From assembly GCA_965219065.1 (NCBI GenBank), contig OZ244715.1:123939-155938 (forward strand): a DNA stretch of 32,000 nucleotides. Direction: 5' to 3'. The DNA is from Dehalococcoidia bacterium. GTDB lineage: Bacteria; Chloroflexota; Dehalococcoidia; Lucifugimonadales; Lucifugimonadaceae. The position numbers and the translations under genes were made by a program. Under the pieces are notes generated by a model. The model saw nothing but the letters and a program-made list of their open reading frames with translations, made no database searches and was not told the origin of the DNA. This document shows, piece after piece, positions 1 to 8,556 of this stretch (within the stretch, counting starts at the first letter, position 1; every line of letters starts with the position of its first letter).

Positions 1-1062
1 GGGCCTTTTTCTGAATCCAGGGTCAAACAGTTCGGCGACAGGCTGGTCGATATGATGAACGGCGCTTCGCTCGCGCTCATGACGTCGATCGGTCACCGGA
101 CCGGCCTGTTCGACACCATGTCGGATATGCCGCCCGCGACGAGTCAGGCAATCGCCGAAATGGGAGTCCTTGACGAACGATATGTGCGGGAGTGGCTGGC
201 GGCCATGGTGACGGGCGGTTTCATCGAATACGATCCGGCACACGCCAAGTACTTCCTGCCACCGGAACACGCGGCGTTGCTGACACGAAAATCCGAACGA
301 GAGAACGCAGCGGTCGGTGCACAGTACGTAAGCATATTTGGCAGTGTCGAAGACCGAATCATCGAGTGCTTCAGGAACGGCGGTGGAGTTTCATACGATG
401 AGTTTCCGAGGGTCCACGAGGTGGTTGCAGAGGACAGCGCCCAGTCTGTTCTGCCTGACCTCGTGGACAGGATTCTCCCGATCGCGCCCGGCATAGTCCA
501 ACGGCTGGAACATGGCATCGACGTGCTCGAAGTGGGCTGCGGCAGTGGTCGCGCGCTCAACCTGCTTTCACAACGATTCCCTGAAAGCCGATTTACCGGG
601 TACGACATTTCGCTCGAAGCCATTGCAGCCGGACGCCGCCTGGCTGAAGCGGATGGCAATGTGAACGTGCGATTTGAAGTTCAAGACGCCGCTCGTATTG
701 CCGAAGTAGATGCGTACGATCTGGCCCTGACATTCGACGCAATCCACGATCAGGCCGACCCACAGACGGTCCTGACGCGCGTCGCTGCGTCGCTCCGGCA
801 GGACGGCCTCTACCTGATGCAGGACATAGCGGGTTCGAGCGAACTACACAACAACCTCGACCGGCCGCTCGCCCCTACTCTCTACACGTACTCAACCCTG
901 CACTGCATGACGGTTTCATTGGCACAGGGCGGTCTGGGCCTGGGGACGATGTGGGGGAGGGAAACGGCGGTCAGGATGTTGAAGGCTGCCGGGTTCGCAC
1001 ACGTTGAGGTGCGCGAGCTGGAGCACAACGATCAGAAACTCTTCTACCTGGCCACAAAATAA
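1..1062 (+). CDS. class I SAM-dependent methyltransferase with N-terminal helical/winged-helix-like domain; 5' end probably outside the window
   Basis: ORF 52..1062. The frame is open back to nt 1 (GPFSESRVKQFGDRLVD precedes the first Met). It has SAM motif I VLEVGCGSG, followed by GYDIS and FDAIHD motifs. Confidence 0.85.
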   Translation, partial: GPFSESRVKQFGDRLVDMMNGASLALMTSIGHRTGLFDTMSDMPPATSQAIAEMGVLDERYVREWLAAMVTGGFIEYDPAHAKYFLPPEHAALLTRKSERENAAVGAQYVSIFGSVEDRIIECFRNGGGVSYDEFPRVHEVVAEDSAQSVLPDLVDRILPIAPGIVQRLEHGIDVLEVGCGSGRALNLLSQRFPESRFTGYDISLEAIAAGRRLAEADGNVNVRFEVQDAARIAEVDAYDLALTFDAIHDQADPQTVLTRVAASLRQDGLYLMQDIAGSSELHNNLDRPLAPTLYTYSTLHCMTVSLAQGGLGLGTMWGRETAVRMLKAAGFAHVEVRELEHNDQKLFYLATK

Positions 1063-1083
1063 GACCTGCGAACCGGCCGCCAT

Positions 1084-1111
1084 CCGTCATTCCCGGCCCC
1101 GATCGGGGAAC
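1084..1111 (+). repeat. GC-rich hairpin repeat module (CCGTCATTCC..GATC..GGAAC family) between convergent genes
   Basis: ccgtcattcccggccccgatcggggaac. It is closely similar to the reverse complement of 27592..27618 (ccgtcattccggacctgatccggaacc). Internal palindrome CCCC-GATC-GGGG. Confidence 0.5.
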
Positions 1112-1143
1112 TACTGTGGCGCCGGTGGCCGGCCCGTGTTTGT

Positions 1144-3060
1144 TCAGACTTCCCGGAACTTGCCCTCTACCGTGTCGTCCCCGTCTTCGCCGTCAGATGT
1201 TCCGTTATCGGGGCCTTCACCGGCGGCGCCCTCGGTCGTGGCTTGCTGCTCGGCGGCATAAACGGCCTGCCCGACGTTCTGCAGCGACGTCTGCAATGCT
1301 GTCACCGCACTGGCGATGGCGCTCGTTTCGGCATTTTCGTCGCTGAGGAGGTCGCGGACCGCTTTGATGTTGGTCTCGATATCGGTCTTGAGCTCTGCGG
1401 GAATCTTGTCTTCGTTGTCCTTGACCAGTTTCTCGGCCTGGTAGGCGGCGCTTTCGGCGCCGTTACGCGTTTCGATACTTTCGCGCCTGGCCCTGTCGTC
1501 CTGGGAGTGCTCCTCCGCCTCACGAACTAGCCGATCGACTTCATGCTGGTCCATACCGGAGCGGCCGGTGATGGTGATGTGTTGTTCCTTGTCCGTAGCT
1601 TTGTCCCGGGCGGAAACGGTGAGGATGCCGTCTGCGTCGATGTCGAATGTCACCTCGATCTGTGGCATGCCGCGGGGCGCCGGTAGTATGCCGTCGAGCA
1701 TGAATCGGCCGATGGACACGTTGTCGGCGGCCATCTCTCTTTCGCCCTGCGCGACATGGATCTCAACGCTGTTCTGGTTGTCGGCCGCGGTAGTAAACGT
1801 CTCGGTCTTCGAGGTCGGGATCGTTGTATTGCGCGGAATGAGCACGGTCCGAACTCCGCCAAGAGTTTCGATGCCCAGGGTGAGGGGCGTAACGTCCAGG
1901 AGCAAGACGTCTTTGACCTCGCCCTGCAGGACGCCGGCCTGTATGGCGGCGCCTACTGCGACTACCTCGTCCGGATTGATTGTGGTGTTGGGCTCCTTGC
2001 CGAAAATGGCTGCTACCTTTTCGCCCACGGATGGCATGCGGGTCATGCCCCCGACGAGGACGATTTCATCGATTTCGGCGGGCCGCAGGCCTGAATCCCT
2101 GATCGCCTGTTGACAAGGTCCTACCGTCTTGTTCACGAGATCGGCCGTCAGTTCTTCGAGTTTCGCCCTCGTCAGGTTCATCTGAAGGTGTTTGGGGCCG
2201 CTCGCGTCGGCTGTGATGAACGGCAGATTGATCTCCGTCTGAGCCACCGATGAAAGCTCGATTTTTGCGCGCTCCGCCTCGACGCGCAGCCGCTGATGCG
2301 CAGCCGAGTCCGTGCGCAGGTCTATGAGGTTTTCCCTTTTGAAAACGTCGGCGAGGTAGTCGACGATCCGCAGGTCGAAGTCATCGCCGCCGAGGTGGGT
2401 GTCCCCATTGGTCGACTTGACCTCAAAGACGCCCTCTCCCAATTGCAGGATGGTGATGTCAAAGGTGCCGCCGCCGAGGTCATACACTGCGATCGCGCTG
2501 TCGCCCTTCTTGTCGAGGCCATAAGCGAGAGCAGCTGCGGTCGGCTCGTTGATAATGCGCAGCACGTCCAGACCGGCGATCTGACCGGCTATCTTCGTAG
2601 CCTCGCGCTGGCCGTCATTGAAGTACGCCGGAACGGTTATCACGGCTTGAGAGACGGTATCGCCGAGTTTGGCCTCGGCGTCGTCCTTGAGTTTCCTGAG
2701 CACCATCGAAGAAATTTCGGCGGGCTTATGCCTTTTGTCGGAAAGTTCAATGGCTACGCCGCCGTCGTCGTGAGAGCCGATCTTGAACGAAACCCGTTTG
2801 ACGTCCTCCTGCACCGACGCCTCGTCGAACCTGCGGCCGATGAAGCGCTTGGTCGAATAGACGGTGTTGTCTGGATTGGTAATCGCCTGGCGCCGCGCCA
2901 GTTCTCCTACAAACCGCTCATTTGTCTTCGGGTTCACTCCAACCACGCTGGGAGTGGTCCGTCGGCCCTCCTGGTTCTCGATGATGCGCGGTTCACCGGC
3001 CTCCATGACGGCCATGGCCGAATTCGTTGTGCCAAGATCGATTCCGATAACTTTCGCCAT
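1144..3060 (-). CDS. dnaK: molecular chaperone DnaK (Hsp70)
   Basis: 638 aa. It has N-terminal [22 protein letters not shown], the [11 protein letters not shown] signature and an acidic C-terminal tail. Confidence 0.98.
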   Translation of the reverse strand: MAKVIGIDLGTTNSAMAVMEAGEPRIIENQEGRRTTPSVVGVNPKTNERFVGELARRQAITNPDNTVYSTKRFIGRRFDEASVQEDVKRVSFKIGSHDDGGVAIELSDKRHKPAEISSMVLRKLKDDAEAKLGDTVSQAVITVPAYFNDGQREATKIAGQIAGLDVLRIINEPTAAALAYGLDKKGDSAIAVYDLGGGTFDITILQLGEGVFEVKSTNGDTHLGGDDFDLRIVDYLADVFKRENLIDLRTDSAAHQRLRVEAERAKIELSSVAQTEINLPFITADASGPKHLQMNLTRAKLEELTADLVNKTVGPCQQAIRDSGLRPAEIDEIVLVGGMTRMPSVGEKVAAIFGKEPNTTINPDEVVAVGAAIQAGVLQGEVKDVLLLDVTPLTLGIETLGGVRTVLIPRNTTIPTSKTETFTTAADNQNSVEIHVAQGEREMAADNVSIGRFMLDGILPAPRGMPQIEVTFDIDADGILTVSARDKATDKEQHITITGRSGMDQHEVDRLVREAEEHSQDDRARRESIETRNGAESAAYQAEKLVKDNEDKIPAELKTDIETNIKAVRDLLSDENAETSAIASAVTALQTSLQNVGQAVYAAEQQATTEGAAGEGPDNGTSDGEDGDDTVEGKFREV

Positions 3061-3081
3061 CTCTGTTCAGATTCTCCCGGA

Positions 3082-3100
3082 CGGCCGTTCGTAACGGCCG
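3082..3100 (-). promoter_or_regulatory. perfect 8-bp stem-loop in the grpE-dnaK intergenic spacer
   Basis: cggccgtt-cgt-aacggccg, about 20 nt upstream of the dnaK SD (gggaga). No U-tract follows, so it is more likely an mRNA processing or stability element than a terminator. Confidence 0.35.
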
Positions 3101-3128
3101 GCTATCTATTGCCTGGTGGTTGTTTGTT

Positions 3129-3758
3129 CTAGGTTTGGTCTACCGCAGACGCGGCGATTTCCACTTGTGCCGGTCTCACAACATCTCCGTTGTGTGTGTA
3201 TCCGACCCTTAACACTTTGATGATCTGTCCGGTCTCCATGTCGGCAGTGGGCGTGCTTAAGAGCGCCTCGTGTCGCCTGGGATCGAAATGTTCGCCATGA
3301 CTCTCAAAGGGTTCGAAGCCCTGTGAGGCCAACGCAGAAATCAGGTTGCGCCGGATTCCGTCGACTCCTTCGAGCCACTTGGATTCAACTCCCGCAGTGG
3401 CTTTATCCGACAGGGCGGCGTCGAACAGGTCCGTCACGTCCATGATCCTGTTGGCGAACCGCCTGATGGCGCGCTGTTCGGATTCTTGCCGCTCGGCCGA
3501 GGCGCGCTGCCTGTAGTTGATCAGGTCGGCCTGGGCGCGCTGCGCCAGCCTCTTGAACTGTTCTTTTTCGCGCAAGGCTTCTTCGAGAATTTCATCTCTG
3601 TTTTCATCCTCTGTGTAACCGGATGTCTCGGTGTGATGGCCGGAATCCGCCGGACCGCTTGGTCCGTTTTCACCCTGGGTTTCGTCGAGGCGTTCGCCTT
3701 CCGTGATCACGCTGACTGCCTTATTCCTTTCGGGCTGCCTGATCATCATCAGTGCCAA
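3129..3758 (-). CDS. grpE: nucleotide exchange factor GrpE (start uncertain: TTG 3758, ATG 3749/3746 or GTG 3710)
   Basis: GrpE-like coiled-coil ([22 protein letters not shown]) and C-terminal beta domain ([16 protein letters not shown]). It sits between hspR and dnaK and overlaps the hspR 3' end if an upstream start is used. Confidence 0.9.
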   Translation of the reverse strand: MALMMIRQPERNKAVSVITEGERLDETQGENGPSGPADSGHHTETSGYTEDENRDEILEEALREKEQFKRLAQRAQADLINYRQRASAERQESEQRAIRRFANRIMDVTDLFDAALSDKATAGVESKWLEGVDGIRRNLISALASQGFEPFESHGEHFDPRRHEALLSTPTADMETGQIIKVLRVGYTHNGDVVRPAQVEIAASAVDQT

Positions 3759-4305
3759 CGTAGTTAAATATCGTTCTCAACTCTGCAGCTGCCAGGCGGG
3801 CAGCCCGCGAGTCGGTCAGGTCAGGGCTGCCTTCGAGGACATCCATGACGTCTTGCAAGCGCCGAACTATCTCCAGGACAACGCCTACACCCGCCACGTT
3901 GAGACCCAACTCCCCCACTAGCCGCCGGATTATTCGTAGTCGCCTTACGTCGCTGTCAGAATACAGGCGCAGGGCCCCTCCGGTCCTCGACGGGCTGACA
4001 AGGCCGGCTCTTTCGTACTTCCGCAACGTTTGGGGGTGCATGTTGGCCATGCGGGCGGCCACGCTGATTATGTACACGCCGGAGATGCGCGTGGGGCGAC
4101 GCTCTGCAGGCGGATGCCCAGACGATGCGTAATGCGTCGGGACTGGCGACATATTGCTACGAATATCGGCTTCTTTGCTACTTAGGATGAGTATATCTCG
4201 TAATAGACGATTGAATGCGTCCGACCTCATCCACCGTTTTCCGGCGGCGTGTTGCCCTGGGGAGATGCGGGATTGGAGGTCCTGCTTGTCCCGATTCAAA
4301 TCCAA
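3721..4305 (-). CDS. hspR: MerR-family heat-shock repressor HspR (start uncertain; ATG at 4152 or 4230 is possible, and the ORF-track start at 4305 is TTG)
   Basis: The HTH region [52 protein letters not shown] matches the actinobacterial HspR pattern. The gene lies directly upstream of grpE-dnaK. Confidence 0.8.
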   Translation of the reverse strand: MDLNRDKQDLQSRISPGQHAAGKRWMRSDAFNRLLRDILILSSKEADIRSNMSPVPTHYASSGHPPAERRPTRISGVYIISVAARMANMHPQTLRKYERAGLVSPSRTGGALRLYSDSDVRRLRIIRRLVGELGLNVAGVGVVLEIVRRLQDVMDVLEGSPDLTDSRAARLAAAELRTIFNYVGTDDDQAARKE

Positions 4306-4358
4306 TTCGATTCCACGTGCGTAAGTAAATTAAGGGCGAGACAATGGCTTATACGAAG

Positions 4359-4395
4359 AGTATAGTCACATTGATACGAGTCGTGTCAACTCAAA
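4359..4395 (-). promoter_or_regulatory. candidate hspR operon promoter overlapped by a HAIR-like inverted repeat
   Basis: The minus strand reads TTTGAGT-tgacacg-ACTCGTA (4395..4375), against the HAIR consensus CTTGAGT-N7-ACTCAAG. A TTGACA -35 (4389..4384) is embedded in it, with TATACT (4364..4359) after a 19-nt spacer. Confidence 0.45.
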
Positions 4396-4469
4396 TTACG
4401 GATTCGTGCTTTTGGGCCAGCCACTTACGAGAACGTAACCAAGACTTCTACGAATTCGTGGCAAAACCC

Positions 4470-4498
4470 GTGACAAGCTTCTGAAATCGTTGTATTAT
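4470..4498 (+). promoter_or_regulatory. sigma70-like promoter for the small zinc-ribbon ORF
   Basis: GTGACA (4470..4475), a 17-nt spacer, then TATTAT (4493..4498). This implies a leader of about 110 nt before the ATG at 4613. Confidence 0.5.
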
Positions 4499-4612
4499 GA
4501 CCCCATCAACAGAACGCCGGGCACCGAACGAACGGTTTCGGCAATCGCCAAGACACTGGTGTGCGGCAATCGAAAGGATGAAATAGCCCCAAAAGGCTAA
4601 CTGGACGAGGAA

Positions 4613-4783
4613 ATGAAGATGATATACCTCAAGGCCTGCATCAAGTGCAGCGGTGACGTAGCCCTGGTAAACGGGATCGGTGGCGTATACCTGCAATGCC
4701 TACAGTGCGCCAACACGATTGAGACGCCCGAAGAAGCAAAGCGAGTGTTGGCTCTGAAAGATCAGTATTCGACTGCGGCCTAA
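4613..4783 (+). CDS. small zinc-ribbon protein (56 aa), below the ORF-track length cutoff
   Basis: My own translation is MKMIYLKACIKCSGDVALVNGIGGVYLQCLQCANTIETPEEAKRVLALKDQYSTAA. It has CxxC-N16-CxxC, a GAGGA SD just upstream, and an intrinsic terminator immediately downstream. Confidence 0.65.
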   Translation: MKMIYLKACIKCSGDVALVNGIGGVYLQCLQCANTIETPEEAKRVLALKDQYSTAA

Positions 4784-4807
4784 AGGCCACGAAAAGCGGA
4801 ACTGCGA

Positions 4808-4840
4808 CCCCGGAGCCAACAGCTCCGGGGTTTTTTGTTT
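4808..4840 (+). terminator. rho-independent terminator
   Basis: Perfect 9-bp stem CCCCGGAGC / GCTCCGGGG, loop caaca, followed by TTTTTTGTTT. Confidence 0.85.
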
Positions 4841-4965
4841 GCCGCCGCGATTCGCTGCGGCATTCACACCGCTACCTGATCAGATGATGAGCACGGTCGG
4901 CCGAGATGGGTCTTGGCTCTCACGCGGCCACGAGATCGACGAGAACAATTGGGACCAGCGTCCGG

Positions 4966-5256
4966 TCAGTAGTCGAAGAGATCGTCCTCGCGACTCGTGA
5001 CAACGGCTTCCATCAATGTGGACTCGGCAAACTCTACGGCCCTGTCCATCAGTTCGGCCGCCGTCGTGGCGCTCCCGCTCACGGCGCACAGGCCGATCTC
5101 TGCGACCTGCCAGGTGTCCTGACCGCCAACTTCGGCCACGGTCACGCCGAATCTGCGCCGTAGTCGGTCGCACAGTGAGTGAACTACTCGCCGCTTTTCC
5201 TTCAGGGAATGCGAGTGGTTCATGTGCAGGGTGAGCCTGCAGACGGCTACGTGCAT
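4966..5256 (-). CDS. DUF503 family protein (YlxP-like)
   Basis: 96 aa. LHMNHSHSLKEKRRVVHSLCDRLRRRFGVTVAEVGGQDTWQVAEIG matches the characteristic DUF503 pattern (SLKEKR...NVSVAEV..QD.W). Confidence 0.85.
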   Translation of the reverse strand: MHVAVCRLTLHMNHSHSLKEKRRVVHSLCDRLRRRFGVTVAEVGGQDTWQVAEIGLCAVSGSATTAAELMDRAVEFAESTLMEAVVTSREDDLFDY

Positions 5257-5458
5257 GCCTGGCTGTTTCGGTTGCGCGGGCCGGTTCGCTGACGACGCGG
5301 CTCGGCATGACCGGATCCCGCACGAACCCTGACCGGCTCACCTGACGAGCCGATCGCGCAGGAAGGGTAGGGGCCGACAGGAGCAGTTGCCGCGATTCGT
5401 CGCCGGACTTCGAATCGCGCTTGGTCTCGCGACGGCTTGAATTTGGATCGACTGTCGT

Positions 5459-6328
5459 TCACGTCTCGGTTTCGAACGACATGCCGTCGTAGGCAAGCTC
5501 TATGTCGAGACCAGCCGACGCCTTCAGCGAGCGCAACTGCCGGTTGACCGGGTCGTGATCGACGTCGTGGGCCATGTCGGTAAACACCGCTCTTCGCGGT
5601 CTGAGTCTTTTTACTTCGTCGATGGCCTGCTCGATGGTCAGGTGCGATCCGTGGGTTGCTTCCGGTCGCAGCGCGTCGAGAATCAGCAGGTCGCAGCCCG
5701 CTATGAGCCGGGCGGTTTCGTCGGGGATCAAGGACGTGTCGGGCACGTAGCAAACGTCTCCGAATCGAAATCCTGAAGTTGTAAACCCCTTGCCGTGCTC
5801 GACGGGCAGCGGCGTTATGTTCAGCCCATCGACCTTGAACGGCGTTTGGTCGAATATTTGGAATTCCAGTTTTGCGACTGATCCCGCGCTGTCGACGCCT
5901 TTCCCCGGCACGAGATAGTAATGAGTCCGGGACAGGACCCGCATGTCGACCTCCCGCACGAAAACCTGCACGGGGTGTCTGCGGTAGTTTGTCCAATCCC
6001 GGAGGTCGTCGAGACCGCCCGCCGCATCGGCGTGGGCGTGAGTCAGCACGACCGCGTCGAGATCCAGCGCTTCGAATCTCGGAAACAACTGAATGGCCGA
6101 CTCGTAGAAAAACTTCCCCACGTCGATGACGATGTTTCGGATGACGCCGTCTTCGGCAGGGCGCTGAATCAGCAGAGACGTGTTGCGCCGCCGGTTTTTC
6201 GACCCGGGTCTCACCGAGTCCATGCACACGACACAGCTTTTGTCCGGATCCGTCAGACACGTGACGCGCGGCACGCCTTCCGACGTGCCGGACCCGAGGA
6301 ATACGACTCTGGTTGTAACCATCATCAA
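5459..6328 (-). CDS. MBL-fold metallo-hydrolase (PhnP-like subgroup)
   Basis: 289 aa. It has VVFLGSGTSEGVPR, the HxHxD-type motif LTHAHADAAGG and downstream His/Asp ligands. Confidence 0.9.
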   Translation of the reverse strand: MMMVTTRVVFLGSGTSEGVPRVTCLTDPDKSCVVCMDSVRPGSKNRRRNTSLLIQRPAEDGVIRNIVIDVGKFFYESAIQLFPRFEALDLDAVVLTHAHADAAGGLDDLRDWTNYRRHPVQVFVREVDMRVLSRTHYYLVPGKGVDSAGSVAKLEFQIFDQTPFKVDGLNITPLPVEHGKGFTTSGFRFGDVCYVPDTSLIPDETARLIAGCDLLILDALRPEATHGSHLTIEQAIDEVKRLRPRRAVFTDMAHDVDHDPVNRQLRSLKASAGLDIELAYDGMSFETET

Positions 6329-6471
6329 GCAGAATAGCTGAACGCCACTGCTGTTAACCTCCCGACCGGTCCACGATTTGATCGACTAAACTGGCCGACG
6401 CGGCGTTGTACTGGACTTCATCGCCGCATCGGAATTCACGCTGGGCGCGAACCTGCGCAAGTGAGGGACAT

Positions 6472-7245
6472 ATGCCTGACAGAGGCAGACTAAAGTCGCG
6501 ACTGAGAGCGGGCGACACGGTTGTTGGGCCGTTCGTCATCGTTCCCTCGATGACCCTTGTGGACACACTCGGATACGCGGGAATGGACTTTTGCATCATC
6601 GATACCGAGCACGGTCCGATCGACATGCAATCGTCCATCGACCTGGTCATAGCCGCCGATGGGGCCGGGGTGTCCCCCATCATCAGGGTTGGCGACAACG
6701 ACGAAAGGCTGATCCTGAGAGCCCTGGACATAGGGTCCGCTGGTGTACAGGTGCCGCAGATCAACAACGTGGACGATGCCCGGAGAGTTATCCACTCGGC
6801 AAAGTATTCGCCTATCGGCGAACGTGGCCTGTCGATTTTCACGCGGGCCGGCGACTACTTCAAGCACGCCGGGGAGAGGCATACCGATCGCCAGAACGAG
6901 GAAACCACCGTGGTCGTGCACATCGAGGGCCGCCGGGGTCTGGACAACCTCGACGAGATCATGACCGTGGACGGGATCGACGTGCTGTTTCTCGGGCCGT
7001 ACGACATTTCCCAGTCCCTGGGCGTGCCGGGCGACGTGCGGAATCCAATAGTCGAAACGGCGCTGAAGGACGCGGCGACCAGAGCCCGCGATCGCGGCAG
7101 GGCAGTGGGTTCGTACGCCAAGGACGTTGAGATGGGCAAGTGGCTGATCGACATGGGTGTCCAATACCTGGCGATCAATGTGGATGCCACCATATACATG
7201 CAGGCGTGCGAACGGATAGTCAAAGAGTTGGACGTGGGGAACTAA
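6472..7245 (+). CDS. HpcH/HpaI family 2-keto-3-deoxy-acid aldolase
   Basis: RLKSRLRAGDTVVG, DFCIIDTEHGP, RVGDND and VQVPQINN are typical of class II pyruvate aldolases. ATG 6472 is preceded by a GAGGG SD; the longer ORF from 6406 has no support. Confidence 0.9.
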   Translation: MPDRGRLKSRLRAGDTVVGPFVIVPSMTLVDTLGYAGMDFCIIDTEHGPIDMQSSIDLVIAADGAGVSPIIRVGDNDERLILRALDIGSAGVQVPQINNVDDARRVIHSAKYSPIGERGLSIFTRAGDYFKHAGERHTDRQNEETTVVVHIEGRRGLDNLDEIMTVDGIDVLFLGPYDISQSLGVPGDVRNPIVETALKDAATRARDRGRAVGSYAKDVEMGKWLIDMGVQYLAINVDATIYMQACERIVKELDVGN

Positions 7246-7337
7246 GGCTGTTGAGCGCCAGTCTAGCCCGCGCCGGGCACTGCGCATTAACCGAAATGCG
7301 ACGGCCGATCGATCGGGCGAAAGGGACCCAAGCGAAC

Positions 7338-8471
7338 ATGAAGCACAGTACTGGCTCGGCCATCTTCGACCGGCTCGGATTAGGACGAGTCATCAACGGC
7401 CGCGGGTGGATAACGGTTGTCGGTGGCAGCATCATGCCGCCCGAAGTCATCGACGCCATGACGGATGCCGTCAACACATACGTGGACCTGGACGAGTTGA
7501 ACCTGGCCGCGGGGAGGGAGATAGCCCGTTACACAGGCGCAGAATCGGGATTGGTCGTTGCCGGAGCCGCTGCGGGACTGTTACTTCAGGCTGCGGCGTG
7601 CATCGCAGGCGACGATCCCGTACTGATCGACCAACTGCCTGACTCCACAGGTCTTCGTAACGAGGTCTTGCTCTACGAAAAGCACCGTACCAATTACGAC
7701 AGGTGCTACCGCGCCGCCGGCGCCAAGCTGGTGATCTGGGGAGGCGACGACCGACCGGCTGAAGACCAGTTGATAGAGGCGATTGGCGAAAACACCGCAG
7801 CGATGGCGTACGTGTTTCATCCCTGGAACTCTTGCCCGATCTCACTTGAAAAGGCCGTCTCGTTGGCTCACGACCGGGATATCCCCGTCATATTGGACGC
7901 AGCCGTGACACTCCCTCCGGCCATCAACCTGACCGCGTACATCGATCAGGGCGCCGACATGGTCACCTATTCGGGCGGGAAGGGCCTTCGAGGCCCGCAG
8001 TCGACCGGCATTCTCTGCGGCCGTGCGGACCTGATCGAGGCGGCGAGACTGAACAACTCGCCGTTCAAAGGGGTGGGCAGGTCCGCCAAGGTTTGTAAAG
8101 AGGAGATTGCCGGGCTCCTCGCCGCGCTCGACTTGTTCGTTCGGACCGACCATGAAGCTGTGTGGGCCGAATGGCGCAACAGGTCTTCCGTTATTGCCTC
8201 TGCCGTCGAAGATATTACCGGTCTGGAAGTCCGCATCGAAGACGGTGACCTCAACCGCCAAGGTCCTCAGGCGGTCGTCTACTTTCGAGACGGATGGTCG
8301 GGCCCCGATTCAGACACCATCGTCGCCCGCCTGGCGGCGCGAGAACCTTCGATCCGTATCGGTAACGGCGGTTACGAAGACGAGTTGTTTATCAACCCGG
8401 GCACGCTGGAAGAAGGCGAAGAGGAGATCGTCGCGGGGGCATTGCGTGAGGAACTCCTCTCCCCTCAGTAG
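7338..8471 (+). CDS. SelA-like / DgaE-like PLP-dependent enzyme (fold type I)
   Basis: 377 aa from MKHSTGS. It has INGRGWITVVGGSIMPPEV, and SGGKGLRGPQSTGIL resembles the SelA Schiff-base lysine region (SGDKLLGGPQ). The upstream part of ORF 7140.. overlaps the aldolase and is rejected. Confidence 0.8.
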   Translation: MKHSTGSAIFDRLGLGRVINGRGWITVVGGSIMPPEVIDAMTDAVNTYVDLDELNLAAGREIARYTGAESGLVVAGAAAGLLLQAAACIAGDDPVLIDQLPDSTGLRNEVLLYEKHRTNYDRCYRAAGAKLVIWGGDDRPAEDQLIEAIGENTAAMAYVFHPWNSCPISLEKAVSLAHDRDIPVILDAAVTLPPAINLTAYIDQGADMVTYSGGKGLRGPQSTGILCGRADLIEAARLNNSPFKGVGRSAKVCKEEIAGLLAALDLFVRTDHEAVWAEWRNRSSVIASAVEDITGLEVRIEDGDLNRQGPQAVVYFRDGWSGPDSDTIVARLAAREPSIRIGNGGYEDELFINPGTLEEGEEEIVAGALREELLSPQ

Positions 8472-8556
8472 CTCCCGCGCAGTGCCCGACAATCGATGCG
8501 GATCCGGTGAGGTGACGTACTAGTTCGTGGCGTTGGCACAACCCGGCTAACGCGTA

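Noticed and set aside
4448-4696. 82-aa minus-strand ORF from the ORF track
   Set aside because: It runs antisense across the promoter, leader and 5' half of the zinc-ribbon gene. It has no SD or recognisable motif, whereas the plus-strand gene has a promoter, SD and terminator.
5257-5458. 200-nt GC-rich spacer between the MBL hydrolase and DUF503 genes, as a possible ncRNA
   Set aside because: I found only weak, short palindromes, one GTAGGGGC-type repeat fragment (5367..5374) and no convincing conserved structure. It cannot be assessed without comparative data.
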